Positions 24,582-38,448 of a stretch of DNA of 64,000 nucleotides are shown one piece after another. Position 1 is the first letter of the stretch. Every line of letters begins with the position of its first letter. The notes under the pieces were generated by a model. It was not told the origin of the DNA. It saw only the letters and a program-made list of their open reading frames with translations, and ran no database searches. The position numbers and the translations under genes are program-made. The DNA lies in the NCBI GenBank assembly GCA_032718475.1, contig JAUCBJ010007488.1, positions 71,131 to 135,130 of the forward strand, read 5' to 3'. The stretch comes from Nemertoderma westbladi (taxonomy: Eukaryota; Animalia; Xenacoelomorpha).

Positions 24582-27500
24582 TGTTTATATTCCTCGTCCA
24601 TCTCCTTACAGACTCGTGGCCACCATTAAGTATAACTGTGAGCGTGTAGATGTTTAGATTCCTCGTCCATCTCCTTACAGACTCGTGGCCACCATCAAGT
24701 ATAACTGTGAGCGTGGAGATGTTTATATTCCTCGTCCATCTCCTTACAGACTCGTGGCCACCATCAAGTATAACTGTGAGCGTGGAGATGTTTATATTCC
24801 TCATCCATTGTCTTACAGACTCGTGGCCACCATTAAGTATAACTGTGAGCGTGTAGAAGTTTATATTCCTCGTCCATTGTCTTACAGACTCGTGGCCACC
24901 ATTAAGTATAACTGTGAGCGTGGAGATGTTTATATTTCTCGTCCATCTCCTTACAGACTCGTGGCCACCATTAAGTATAACTGTGAGCGTGTAGGTGTTT
25001 ATATTACTCGTCCATCTCCTTACAGACTCGTGGCCACCATTAAATATAACTGTGAGCGTGGAGATGTTTATATTCCTCGTCCATCTCCTTACAGACTCGC
25101 GGCCACCATTGAGTATAACTGTGAGCGTGTAGATGTTTATATTCCTCGTCCATTGTCTTACAGACTCGTGGCCACCATTAAGTATAACTGTGAGCGTGTA
25201 GAAGTTTATATTCCTCGTCCATCTCCTTACAGACTCGTGGCCACCATTAAGTATAACTGTGAGCGTGTAGAAGTTTATATTCCTCGTCCATTGTCTTACA
25301 GACTCGTGGCCACCATTATGTATAACTGTGAGCGTGTAGATGATTATATTCCTCGTCCATTGTCTTACAGACTCGTGGCCACCATTAAGTATAACTGTGA
25401 GCGTGTAGATGTTTATATTCCTCGTCCATCTCCTTACAGACTCGTGGCCACCATTAAGTATAACTGTGAGCGTGTAGATGTTTATATTCCTCGTCCATTG
25501 TCTTACAGACTCGTGGCCACCATTAAATATAACTGTGAGCGTGTAGATGTTTATATTCCTCGTCCATCTCCTTACAGACTCGTGGCCACCATTAAGTATA
25601 ACTGTGAGCGTGTAGAAGTTTATATTCCTCGTCCATCTCCTTACAGACTCGTGGCCACCATTAAGTATAACTGTGAGCGTGTAGAAGTTTATATTCCTCG
25701 TCCATCTCCTTACAGACTCGTGGCCACCATTAAGTATAACTGTGAGCGTGTAGATGTTTATATTCCTCGTCCATTGTCTTACAGACTCGTGGCCACCATT
25801 AAATATAACTGTGAGCGTGTAGATGTTTATATTCCTCGTCCATCTCCTTACAGACTCGTGGCCACCATTAAGTATAACTGTGAGCGTGTAGAAGTTTATA
25901 TTCCTCGTCCATCTCCTTACAGACTCGTGGCCACCATTAAATATAACTGTGAGCGTGTAGATGTTTATATTCCTCGTCCATTGTCTTACAGACTCGTGGC
26001 CACCATTAAATATAACTGTGAGCGTGTAGATGTTTATATTCCTCGTCCATCTCCTTACAGACTCGTGGCCACCATTAAGTATAACTGTGAGCGTGTAGAA
26101 GTTTATATTCCTCGTCCATCTCCTTACAGACTCGTGGTCACCATTAAGTATAACTGTGAGCGTTGAGATGTTTATATTCCTCGTCCATTGTCTTACAGAC
26201 TCGTGGCCACCATTAAGTATAACTGTGAGCGTGTAGAAGTTTATATTCCTCGTCCATTGTCTTACAGACTCGTGGTCACCATTAAGTATAACTGTGAGCG
26301 TGTAGAAGTTTATATTCCTCGTCCATCTCCTTACAGACTCGTGGTCACCATTAAGTATAACTGTGAGCGTTGAGATGTTTATATTCCTCGTCCATTGTCT
26401 TACAGACTCGTGGCCACCATTAAGTATAACTGTGAGCGTGTAGATGTTTATATTCCTCGTCCATCTCCTTACAGACTCGTGGCCACCATTAAGTATAACT
26501 GTGGTGTAGATGTTTATATTCCCCGTCCATCTCCTTACAGACTCGTGGCCACCATTAAGTATAACTGTGAGCGTGGAGATGTTTATATTCCTCGTCCATC
26601 TCCTTACAGACTCGTGGCCACCATTAAGTATAACTGTGGTGTAGATGTTTATATTCCCCGTCCATCTCCTTACAGACTCGTGGCCACCATTAAGTATAAC
26701 TGTGAGCGTGGAGATGTTTATATTCCTCGTCCATCTCCTTACAGACTCGTGGCCACCATTAAGTATAACTGTGAGCGTGTAGATGTTTAGATTCCTCGTC
26801 CATCTCCTTACAGACTCGTGGCCACCATTAAGTATAACTGTGAGCGTGGAGATGTTTATATTCCTCGTCCATCTCCTTACAGACTCGTGGCCACCATTAA
26901 GTATAACTGTGAGTGTGTAGATGTTTATATTCCTCGTCCATCTCCTTACAGACTCGTGGCCACCATTAAGTATAACTGTGAGTGTGTAGATGTTTATATT
27001 CCTCGTCCATTGTCTTACAGACTCGTGGCCACCATTATGTATAACTGTGAGCGTGGAGATGTTTATATTCCTCGTCCATTGTCTTACAGACTCGTGGCCA
27101 CCATTAAGTATAACTGTGAGCGTGGAGATGTTTATATTCCTCGTCCATTGTCTTACAGACTCGTGGCCACCATTAAGTATAACTGTGAGCGTGGAGATGT
27201 TTATATTCCTCGTCCATCTCCTTACAGACTCGTGGCCACCATTAAGTATAACTGTGAGCGTGGAGATGTTTATATTCCTCGTCCATTGTCTTACAGACTC
27301 GTGGCCACCATTAAATATAACTGTGAGCGTGGAGATGTTTATATTCCTCGTCCATCTCCTTACAGACTCGTGGCCACCATTAAATATAACTGTGAGCGTG
27401 TAGATGTTTATATTCCTCGTCCATTGTCTTACAGACTCGTGGCCACCATTAAGTATAACTGTGAGCGTGGAGATGTTTATATTCCTCGTCCATTGTCTTA

Positions 27501-30500
27501 CAGACTCGTGGCCACCATTAAATATAACTGTGAGCGTGTAGATGTTTAGATTCCTCGTCCATCTCCTTACAGACTCGTGGCCACCATTAAATATAACTGT
27601 GAGCGTGGAGATGTTTATATTCCTCGTCCATCTCCTTACAGACTCGTGGCCACCATTAAATATAACTGTGAGCGTGTAGATGTTTATATTCCTCGTCCAT
27701 TGTCTTACAGACTCGTGGCCACCATTAAGTATAACTGTGAGCGTGGAGATGTTTATATTCCTCGTCCATTGTCTTACAGACTCGTGGCCACCATTAAATA
27801 TAACTGTGAGCGTGTAGATGTTTAGATTCCTCGTCCATCTCCTTACAGACTCGTGGCCACCATTAAATATAACTGTGAGCGTGGAGATGTTTATATTCCT
27901 CGTCCATCTCCTTACAGACTCGTGGCCACCATTAAATATAACTGTGAGCGTGTAGATGTTTATATTCCTCGTCCATTGTCTTACAGACTCGTGGCCACCA
28001 TTAAGTATAACTGTGAGCGTGTAGATGTTTATATTACTCGTCCATTGTCTTACAGACTCGTGGCCACCATTAAGTATAACTGTGAGCGTGGAGATGTTTA
28101 TATTCCTCGTCCATTGTCTTACAGACTCGTGGCCACCATTAAATATAACTGTGAGCGTGTAGATGTTTAGATTCCTCGTCCATCTCCTTACAGACTCGTG
28201 GCCACCATTAAATATAACTGTGAGCGTGGAGATGTTTATATTCCTCGTCCATCTCCTTACAGACTCGTGGCCACCATTAAATATAACTGTGAGCGTGTAG
28301 ATGTTTATATTCCTCGTCCATTGTCTTACAGACTCGTGGCCACCATTAAATATAACTGTGAGCGTGTAGATGTTTAGATTCCTCGTCCATCTCCTTACAG
28401 ACTCGTGGCCACCATTAAATATAACTGTGAGCGTGTAGATGTTTATATTCCTCGTCCATTGTCTTACAGACTCGTGGCCACCATTAAATATAACTGTGAG
28501 CGTGTAGATGTTTAGATTCCTCGTCCATCTCCTTACAGACTCGAGGCCACCATTAAATATAACTGTGAGCGTGGAGATGTTTATATTCCTCGTCCATTGT
28601 CTTACAGACTCGTGGCCACCATTAAATATAACTGTGAGCGTGTAGATGTTTAGATTCCTCGTCCATCTCCTTACAGACTCGTGGCCACCATTAAATATAA
28701 CTGTGAGCGTGGAGATGTTTATATTCCTCGTCCATTGTCTTACAGACTCGTGGCCACCATTAAATATAACTGTGAGCGTGTAGATGTTTAGATTCCTCGT
28801 CCATCTCCTTACAGACTCGTGGCCACCATTAAATATAACTGTAAGCGTGGAGATGTTTATATTCCTCGTCCATTGTCTTACAGACTCGTGGCCACCATTA
28901 AATATAACTGTAAGCGTGTAGATGTTTATATTCCTCGTCCATCTCCTTACAGACTCGTGGCCACCATTAAGTATAACTGTGAGCGTGGAGATGTTTATAT
29001 TCCTCGTCCATTGTCTTACAGACTCGTGGCCACCATTAAGTATAACTGTGAGCGTGGAGATGTTTATATTCCTCGTCCATTGTCTTACAGACTCGTGGCC
29101 ACCATTAAATATAACTGTGAGCGTGTAGATGTTTAGATTCCTCGTCCATCTCCTTACAGACTCGTGGCCACCATTAAGTATAACTGTGAGCGTGGAGATG
29201 TTTATATTCCTCGTCCATTGTCTTACAGACTCGTGGCCACCATTAAATATAACTGTGAGCGTGGAGATGTTTATATTCCTCGTCCATCTCCTTACAGACT
29301 CGTGGCCACCATTGAGTATAACTGTGAGCGTGGAGATGTTTATATTCCTCGTCCATTGTCTTACAGACTCGTGGCCACCATTAAATATAACTGTGAGCGT
29401 GGAGATGTTTATATTCCTCGTCCATCTCCTTACAGACTCGTGGCCACCATTGAGTATAACTGTGAGCGTGGAGATGTTTATATTCCTCGTCCATCTCCTT
29501 ACAGACTCGTGGCCACCATTGAGTATAACTGTGAGCGTGTAGATGTTTATATTCCTCGTCCATTGTCTTACAGACTCGTGGCCACCATTAAATATAACTG
29601 TGAGCGTGGAGATGTTTATATTCCTCGTCCATCTCCTTACAGACTCGTGGCCACCATTGAGTATAACTGTGAGCGTGGAGATGTTTATATTCCTCGTCCA
29701 TCTCCTTACAGACTCGTGGCCACCATTAAGTATAACTGTGAGCGTGTAGATGTTTATATTCCTCGTCCATCTCCTTACAGACTCGTGGCCACCATTAAAT
29801 ATAACTGTGAGCGTGTAGATGTTTAGATTCCTCGTCTATCTCCTTACAGACTCGTGGCCACCATTAAATGTAACTGTGAGCGTGGAGATGTTTATATTCC
29901 TCGTCCATCTCCTTACAGACTCGTGGCCACCATTAAATATAACTGTGAGCGTGTAGATGGTTAGATTCCTCGTCTATCTCCTTACAGACTCGTGGCCACC
30001 ATTAAGTATAACTGTGAGCGTGGAGATGTTTATATTCCTCGTCCATTGTCTTACAGACTCGTGGCCACCATTAAATATAACTGTGAGCGTGTAGATGTTT
30101 AGATTCCTCGTCCATCTCCTTACAGACTCGTGGCCACCATTAAATATAACTGTGAGCGTGGAGATGTTTATATTCCTCGTCCATCTCCTTACAGACTCGT
30201 GGCCACCATTAAATATAACTGTGAGCGTGTAGATGGTTAGATTCCTCGTCTATCTCCTTACAGACTCGTGGCCACCATTAAGTATAACTGTGAGCGTGGA
30301 GATGTTTATATTCCTCGTCCATCTCCTTACAGACTCGTGGCCACCATTAAATATAACTGTGAGCGTGTAGATGTTTAGATTCCTCGTCTATCTCCTTACA
30401 GACTCGTGGCCACCATTAAGTATAACTGTGAGCGTGTAGAAGTTTATATTCCTCGTCCATTGTCTTACAGACTCGTGGCCACCATTAAGTATAACTGTGA

Positions 30501-32410
30501 GCGTGGAGATGTTTATATTCCTCGTCCATTGTCTTACAGACTCGTGGCCACCATTAAATATAACTGTGAGCGTGTAGATGTTTAGATTCCTCGTCCATCT
30601 CCTTACAGACTCGTGGCCACCATTAAATATAACTGTGAGCGTGGAGATGTTTATATTCCTCGTCCATTGTCTTACAGACTCGTGGCCACCATTAAGTATA
30701 ACTGTGAGCGTGTAGATGTTTAGATTCCTCGTCCATCTCCTTACAGACTCGTGGCCACCATTAAGTATAACTGTGAGCGTGGAGATGTTTATATTCCTCG
30801 TCCATTGTCTTACAGACTCGTGGCCACCATTAAATATAACTGTGAGCGTGTAGATGTTTAGATTCCTCGTCTATCTCCTTACAGACTCGTGGCCACCATT
30901 AAGTATAACTGTGAGCGTGGAGATGTTTATATTCCTCGTCCATCTCCTTACAGACTCGTGGCCACCATTAAGTATAACTGTGAGCGTGGAGATGTTTATA
31001 TTCCTCGTCCATTGTCTTACAGACTCGTGGCCACCATTAAATTTAACTGTGAGCGTGTAGATGTTTAGATTCCTCGTCCATCTCCTTACAGACTCGTGGC
31101 CACCATTAAGTATAACTGTGAGCGTGGAGATGTTTATATTCCTCGTCCATCTCCTTACAGACTCGTGGCCACCATTAAGTATAACTGTGAGCGTGTAGAT
31201 GTTTATATTCCTCGTCTATCTCCTTACAGACTCGTGGCCACCATTAAGTATAACTGTGAGCGTGGAGATGTTTATATTCCTCGTCCATCTCCTTACAGAC
31301 TCGTGGCCACCATTAAGTATAACTGTGAGCGTGTAGATGTTTATATTCCTCGTCCATTGTCTTACAGACTCGTGGCCACCATTAAGTATAACTGTGAGCG
31401 TGTAGATGTTTAGATTCCTCGTCTATCTCCTTACAGACTCGTGGCCACCATTAAGTATAACTGTGAGCGTGGAGATGTTTATATTCCTCGTCCATTGTCT
31501 TACAGACTCGTGGCCACCATTAAGTATAACTGTGAGCGTGGAGATGTTTATATTCCTCGTCCATTGTCTTACAGACTCGTGGCCACCATTAAATATAACT
31601 GTGAGCGTGTAGATGTTTAGATTCCTCGTCTATCTCCTTACAGACTCGTGGCCACCATTAAGTATAACTGTGAGCGTGGAGATGTTTATATTCCTCGTCC
31701 ATCTCCTTACAGACTCGTGGCCACCATTAAGTATAACTGTGAGCGTGGAGATGTTTATATTCCTCGTCCATTGTCTTACAGACTCGTGGCCACCATTAAA
31801 TTTAACTGTGAGCGTGTAGATGTTTAGATTCCTCGTCCATCTCCTTACAGACTCGTGGCCACCATTAAGTATAACTGTGAGCGTGGAGATGTTTATATTC
31901 CTCGTCCATCTCCTTACAGACTCGTGGCCACCATTAAGTATAACTGTGAGCGTGTAGATGTTTATATTCCTCGTCTATCTCCTTACAGACTCGTGGCCAC
32001 CATTAAGTATAACTGTGAGCGTGGAGATGTTTATATTCCTCGTCCATCTCCTTACAGACTCGTGGCCACCATTAAGTATAACTGTGAGCGTGTAGATGTT
32101 TATATTCCTCGTCTATCTCCTTACAGACTCGTGGCCACCATTAAGTATAACTGTGAGCGTGGAGATGTTTAGATTCCTCGTCCATCTCCTTACAGACTCG
32201 TGGCCACCATTAAATATAACTGTGAGCGTGGAGATGTTTATATTCCTCGTCCATTGTCTTACAGACTCGTGGCCACCATTAAGTATAACTGTGAGCGTTG
32301 AGATGTTTATATTCCTCGTCCATCTCCTTACAGACTCGTGGCCACCATTAAGTATAACTGTGAGCGTGTAGATGTTTAGATTCCTCGTCTATCTCCTTAC
32401 AAGTATAACT
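24580..32410. repeat. 69-bp satellite, about 113 copies
   Basis: Unit GATGTTTATATTCCTCGTCCATCTCCTTACAGACTCGTGGCCACCATTAAGTATAACTGTGAGCGTGTA. Confidence 0.97.
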
Positions 32411-32508
32411 TAAATGAAAGTTGCTAAATCGATTGTATTATGGCGGAGTTTATTTGTAAGTAAAATGATTCGTATTACGGAATTAGTTGTAAGTAAAACT
32501 ACTCCTAT

Positions 32509-33718
32509 TGTTCGCGCTTTTGAAGACCTTTAGCAGTTTAACCTGCCAAAATTTATATGTCTTTTAGTTAATTAACACACCTTTAGCATACGACAATATT
32601 TTATGCTAATAAACAAAACATTAGCCGAAGCCAGCCCATGCGCGATCATTCACCCGATGGATACACCCGGGAGGCTGAATTCGGATGCTTAAATTTTATT
32701 ATTGCAGTGTAAGATTGCAGTGTAAACCTACTGTATTATTCGATTGATCACTAATATATAATTTCTGACAGATATTATTCACTTTCGGGAAATATTAACA
32801 GTTCCTTTAGGACGTGGCGCTCTATCTATTTAAACAGAGCTAGGACTTATACTAAACGCAACGATAAAGCTTATGATTAAAGTATAAGGCGCATTCTTTA
32901 GGAAATGCTTTGTTACCAGTCACAAACATACACACTATTCTGCCGACCGTCAGTAAATTTGATCACACATAAAAAGAACAGCAATTGACTCAGGTAGTGT
33001 CTACTAAATAACATTAGATTCAATACACACCACATTGATATAAATCGCAATTGTTATATATAGCCTGTCTCTCTAACCTGTAGTGTATCAAGAAAATTGG
33101 GCAATTTGGGTGATTTATCAATATTCTCCAAATGACAATATTTCATCAACAAATCGATACAATTAATAACTGACGGTACATAGCAGTACAAACAATATGA
33201 TTAGTAAGTAAAGTCCGGCCAGCAAGCCAAGACAAGACAAGTTGTGACGAGTTAAGTTAAGTTAGTGAAGGTCCGTGCCGTGTGCCGATTAAACTAGTGA
33301 CTAGTGACTAGTGACTAGGTAACAGTTATACTTTCTATAATTTAAGCAGTTTTACTAGAGTTCCTCCCAAAAGCTGGTGTTCTGGCGAAAAAGGGGAGCA
33401 CAACAACAGAATCATATGACTACTGCTCTATACGAGGATACCAACTACCCTTATTCCACGAAGCTCCCGTCCAACACAGAGGATGAGCATACAGATAGGA
33501 AATTCAGTTCAGTAGCTCTGGGATAGGTCAAAATCAACGCCAACTCAAATTCTATTGGCCGATCGAACAGAGCCCAGATCCCTTCGCATAGCAAATCAGC
33601 CAATCAGCCGGTAGCTTACACTATTCTAGCTAGGTATCCCTTTTTAGAGTATTCCAGCGACTGGGGGGGAACTGGTTGGCAAGGCAAACGAATCAGTTAT
33701 CCCACAAAAGCTTTTACA
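32509..33718 (-). repeat. LTR type B (3' LTR of a diverged subfamily) with adjacent polypurine tract
   Basis: Starts TGTTCGCGCTTTTGAAGACC and ends AAGCTTTTACA like type A, but is diverged internally. On the minus strand GGGAGCGG (33719-33726) immediately precedes it. Confidence 0.9.
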
Positions 33719-33795
33719 CCGCTCCCAGAAAATGGGATTTAAGTCTATAAAATATACCAAATCACAGTTTCTAAAATATAAATTACTCTAAACAG

Positions 33796-36700
33796 TTAGT
33801 CTTTCTTGCGCGGACGGCGTTTACGCAGTTTTTTAAAGCTAGCAAGAGTCCTTTTCTCTTTGGGGCGAGCCACTTTACAAGGAGGGCTATAACTCCTGGG
33901 TGAAGGGTGCAATATGATTGCATCAGAAGGTATGGGATTACGATCGGTATATCCGCCGGTCGAAGTGCCGGGTTGGGTGACTTCAACTTCGGTGGAGAGG
34001 GGTCTAACGACCTTTAGAGCGCGTTTTAAGACGGCCGCTCTTACGGGTCCTTTAAGAGTGGTCTGAACGAGAGCCGTGGGTGGACCATAGGCAGTCAGAA
34101 ACTTCCTTGGTTTAATGGTTCTTTCCAACTCGCGTTCGCGGGCTTGGTACTCGTAAGGCCGTCGATATACTTCCTGTAACTCGGGGTGCGAGTTGACAAA
34201 TAAGTCTCCATAATCAGGGTCTTGACGGATAAAGTTTATTAAGTTGTAAGAATGGATGTCACTAGGATTAATGCTCCTGAGAAATTTGCGTACATATTTG
34301 GTTGAAATACATTCTCCGACGCGCTTCAGTAGTTCGTAACTTAATATACGTGATTTCTGCTCGACGGAGGCAAATAAATAAGGATGGAACGCATAAACTC
34401 CTTCGTAGGCGCGTCCAGGATAATAGCGATGGCGTGAATCACAATGTAAATCAGCGTTCGCTTCCCAAGCTCTGATGTAACGTAGTACAATCATTTCATC
34501 TACGCTCTCTAAATCATGATTAAAGGGACAATCAAAGCTGGCGTGTCCTTTTAATTGACAATGATGGCATTGAGTCATAAATTGGGGGCAGACAGCAAAA
34601 ATGTGCAAATTATTAAGCCGGCAATATGCACAATAGATTTCCATCGACGGTTGCTCGTGGAAATAGGAACAGAGATCGTTTGTGTCCATAGACGTAATAT
34701 GGTCTCTCGACGCGCACAGCCGACAACGTTGTCGAGAAACATAATTGGCATGGCGATAATCATACGCAGTGAGACACTGTGGACCTTGATACCATTCCAA
34801 AATGTAATCGCTGTCGCTACTCCGAGGCGTGGGAGGCTGAATCTCTTCGGATTCTAAGCATATGGGTTCGTCTTCTCCTTGTATAGTTGAGGTAGGCATG
34901 GCTGTCTCTTCAAGTGGACCTACCGTCTGAATTTCCACGACAGAATAACCTGTGGGGATTCGAGGTCTTTGGATAACAGAGGAGTGCAGGTTTGTTATAC
35001 AAATGTCTTTGAAAATAGCAAATCCAGCGCTATCTAACTTCTCCGCAGCTGAGTCTCTTAAGCTGAGCTTGGTCAAAGCGCGGTCTTTGAATTGGCTATC
35101 TATGTTGCGAAACGGGGTTAAGAATCGCCGGAAACATTCAAAGCGGATGAATTTATTATGTTCATCTGCTTAGCGAGTTTGTTCCCAAGGATTAATGGAT
35201 GGGCGCGTATAGTACGACTGCACACATCGGCTAGCCAACCGGAAAGTGCGGTGTTTTCAAAGATCGTGTAGATAGCTAAGGAGGGGCGGAGTGGAACACT
35301 CATGAAACTATACACGGCGCCAGGTGCGGTCAACGGTCCGTCAAAGTATAATCGAGAATAATGGTCTCCGTATACTTGTTGATAGTTGATTGGATTTCCG
35401 ACCTTGGAATTCCATCCGTATTCTTGAAAAGCAAGATGTCCGATGGAAGTTCGTTGCACCTTTGTAATGTTGCTAGACGCATTGGCATACATGGTGCAAA
35501 AGAAACCTCGGCCTTCGGCTCAGGGAGCAATCAGCTGAGTATCAACGAAAGGGTATGGAATGTTCTCCATATTCCCGTCATATGCCTAATATGTCTTCCA
35601 TTGATGGTAGTGGTAGAGAGCAGGGGAAGACCTATGTCGTATTCAGAAATATTCATAAATACGATCTCAGTAGGAGGATTCAATCGTTCGAAGACTATCT
35701 CCAAATGAATTTATCCCTAATGCGAGGAGGTAAACACCAGTTCAAAGATATGTTTGTCTCAGTTGTTCTACATAAGATTTATATCTCCAATCATTGAGGG
35801 AGGTGAACAACCAGATTTATGACACATAATGGTACCAGTTGTTCACAAACTATCTGCGTGTCCTTTCAGTCCTTGTATCACGGTTGTGGACTTAAGGAAA
35901 TTATTGATGGTTGATTTTCTAATCAACAACGAGAGGGTGGAAGTTGATATCATAAATATCAACAGAATGTGACATGGACAAGAGGTGCGGACACCAATAT
36001 GAGCATCCAGATTAACAGTAAGGGATGGGAGGTTTAGTAAGAGGCGGTATGATCAATACCACGATACGGCAATGATTGGTCGATCGTCTCCCGAAGCTCC
36101 GAGCGCGTTGGGAAGAGAAGGTGGGACGAAGTATGTTGTATTTTCAATAGCGATGTATAGAGGGATAAAGGGAGTAAAGAGGAGGAAGGATATATGGTAG
36201 TATCCATAAGATACCACAATGGACATGTTTCCGTCACATCATCATTCATTCTTGCCCTTTAATTGTGACACTGATCACAATAATTACAGGAAAACGATGA
36301 AGGAAGAGAAAATTACAGCCTCCCGAAGGAGACCGCCCGCGAGCACCCGTGCCCCGGGGAAAACTATTCACATCATGGACTCTGGACATTAACCCATGTC
36401 TCTTCTCCAGTGTTCTCCTCTATTTGTCTTTACAAGCTTTCTACCAAGTTCTATCTTTCGAGTTGTTTTCGAATACAAATCTCGTGTTCCATTCTCGGTT
36501 CATCATGCCGACTCCGCTGGGTATGATATTTAAATAGAACCATTTCCCTCTCTGTATCTACATCGTCCGTATCATGTAAATCGATAGGATGGCCGGTAGT
36601 TAAGAAGTCCATATACGTACCATTACGATTCGTATAGCGAGTGGTGAATTTTCGATAGTCCAATTCACGCGCAAGTTGCTCTTGGGACATCGGCGGTTCG

Positions 36701-36828
36701 ATATAACGACCATCGTCCTCCGTAATGGTTGGATCGGCTTCACCGCGTATTAAGCTATCCACAAATGCTTGTAAAGGTAGAGTATATCGCTCCCTAATAC
36801 CAAGATCATCTTCTATCAACTCCATCAT
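33796..36828 (-). pseudogene. Accessory ORF downstream of pol: Cys/His zinc-binding protein, fragmented (largest open piece 33796-35169)
   Basis: The 426-aa piece has CRLC..H, CAYC..H....C and CHHCQLKGHASFDC (CX2CX4HX4C) plus a basic end KKLRKRRPRKK. Upstream pieces 35118-35492 and 36451-36828 are separated by stops and frameshifts; joining them is an inference. Confidence 0.6.
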
Positions 36829-38448
36829 ATCTGCTATCTGAGTTTATTAATATCAAATAAGTTTATATTTAGGCGAGCGGGCGTCGCTGCCTACTTCTCT
36901 TTGCCCCCGGACAGTGGGATTCTCAGCGCCGATGTACCGTCGTCGCGGTGTTTACGCCAACATGTAGCAACAGCACGACAACGATAACCGGCACAAGTCA
37001 CTCCACTGTCCGTCCCAAAGGCTTGGATCCACTTAGGTTCTTTCTATAGGAGAGTTGGGCTATTTTTTACGATTGCGACTAGCTACTGTAAACATACTTT
37101 AGCCGTAACATTCACCTATAAACGCACAAATTCCACACAACTATCACTAACAGCACACATACAGGCCATTTGTCCGTTAGTCAGTGCCTTCCAGAATGTC
37201 ACGTTATTACTGTGTATCCTTGGATACTAACAGTGTGCTATATATTCTCTATGCTATGCAATGGGACAAGCTTTCTATTGTTCTTTTAACTTGCTTCTAA
37301 TTCTAGCGTGGGTGTTGCTATGGTGACATTATGGAATGCTAGCGGTAGAATTAGGGTAATTCTCATGCATACAGATCTGGGATGCTATTTAATAATAATT
37401 CTTTAATTGTCAATATCCTCTTTATGCATGATTTTATTAATTTTATCGGCTATTGACTATATGTTGGAGATTCTCGCACTCTAATACACTCAATAGGATG
37501 AATCTCCGCTCCCATGATCTATTAATTAATGGAATTTTGGGAATGTTATAAATTGCACAAAATGACAATTTATGAAATTCATTTAAAATATGAATTTAAA
37601 TTTATTCCCGTGAATTTTATTATTTGATGTTAAGATTGACACAATTTGATTCCAGAGCAGGTCTGGGGACATAGGATCCTTAATTCTATGAAATTTGTCT
37701 TTTAAGAGTATCGGTAAGGGCTACGATATCTTAATCGACTAGAATTGTTAATGGATCTGAATTTTACAGATTTTAATAAATATTAAATTAATATTTAAGA
37801 TGGGCACCGATTTATTCCAGAACTTGTCTGGGGACGTTAACCACTGATTCTAGAATTTGTCTTTCAAGTATATCGGTGGGTGCCGCGATATCTTAATCGA
37901 CTAGAATTACAGATGGTCAAAAGGTTTAACAGATTTATTTGCATTTTACGCTACTGTTAGAGGGACATCACGCTACTATATGTATTATTTAATATAAGGT
38001 AGAAGAGCAATATCGCACGAAGCAATGTCAGTGTGAAGAGGCAAGTCGTTTCCAAGGTCTACCCAGAGCTTGGTTTAGCCGAGACACGAGGATCTGAACT
38101 TTGCATTCCTAATACTCTGCCTACCAATAATACTTAAATATAGTAGTGGCTTTATTGTACTTTAATAAGTACGGACATTTCATCTTACTGTAGTCACGTA
38201 TTTATAATATGATACGGACAGTAAGGAAAGAGAAAAATTATTTCTCGCCGTCACACTAAATATACATTATATATGTAATTACGTAATAAACACTAATATA
38301 TTGCACTAATCTACCAAATAATCTAAAAATAACATTCTACTAAATAAAATTAAATAAAAACGATTATAATAAAGTACATAATAATGTTCACATATAAAAT
38401 ATAATAAAATAGATAAAATAATATAGTCATACACCCACTCCAGACGTA

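Noticed and set aside
24685-32371. 23-aa repeat protein (VATIKYNCERVDVYIPRPSPYRL)
   Set aside because: TAG and TGA variants have spread through many units in that frame, so there is no sign of coding constraint.
33796-35076. env gene
   Set aside because: No signal peptide, fusion-peptide-like segment or transmembrane stretch is visible; the protein is zinc-finger-like and basic instead.
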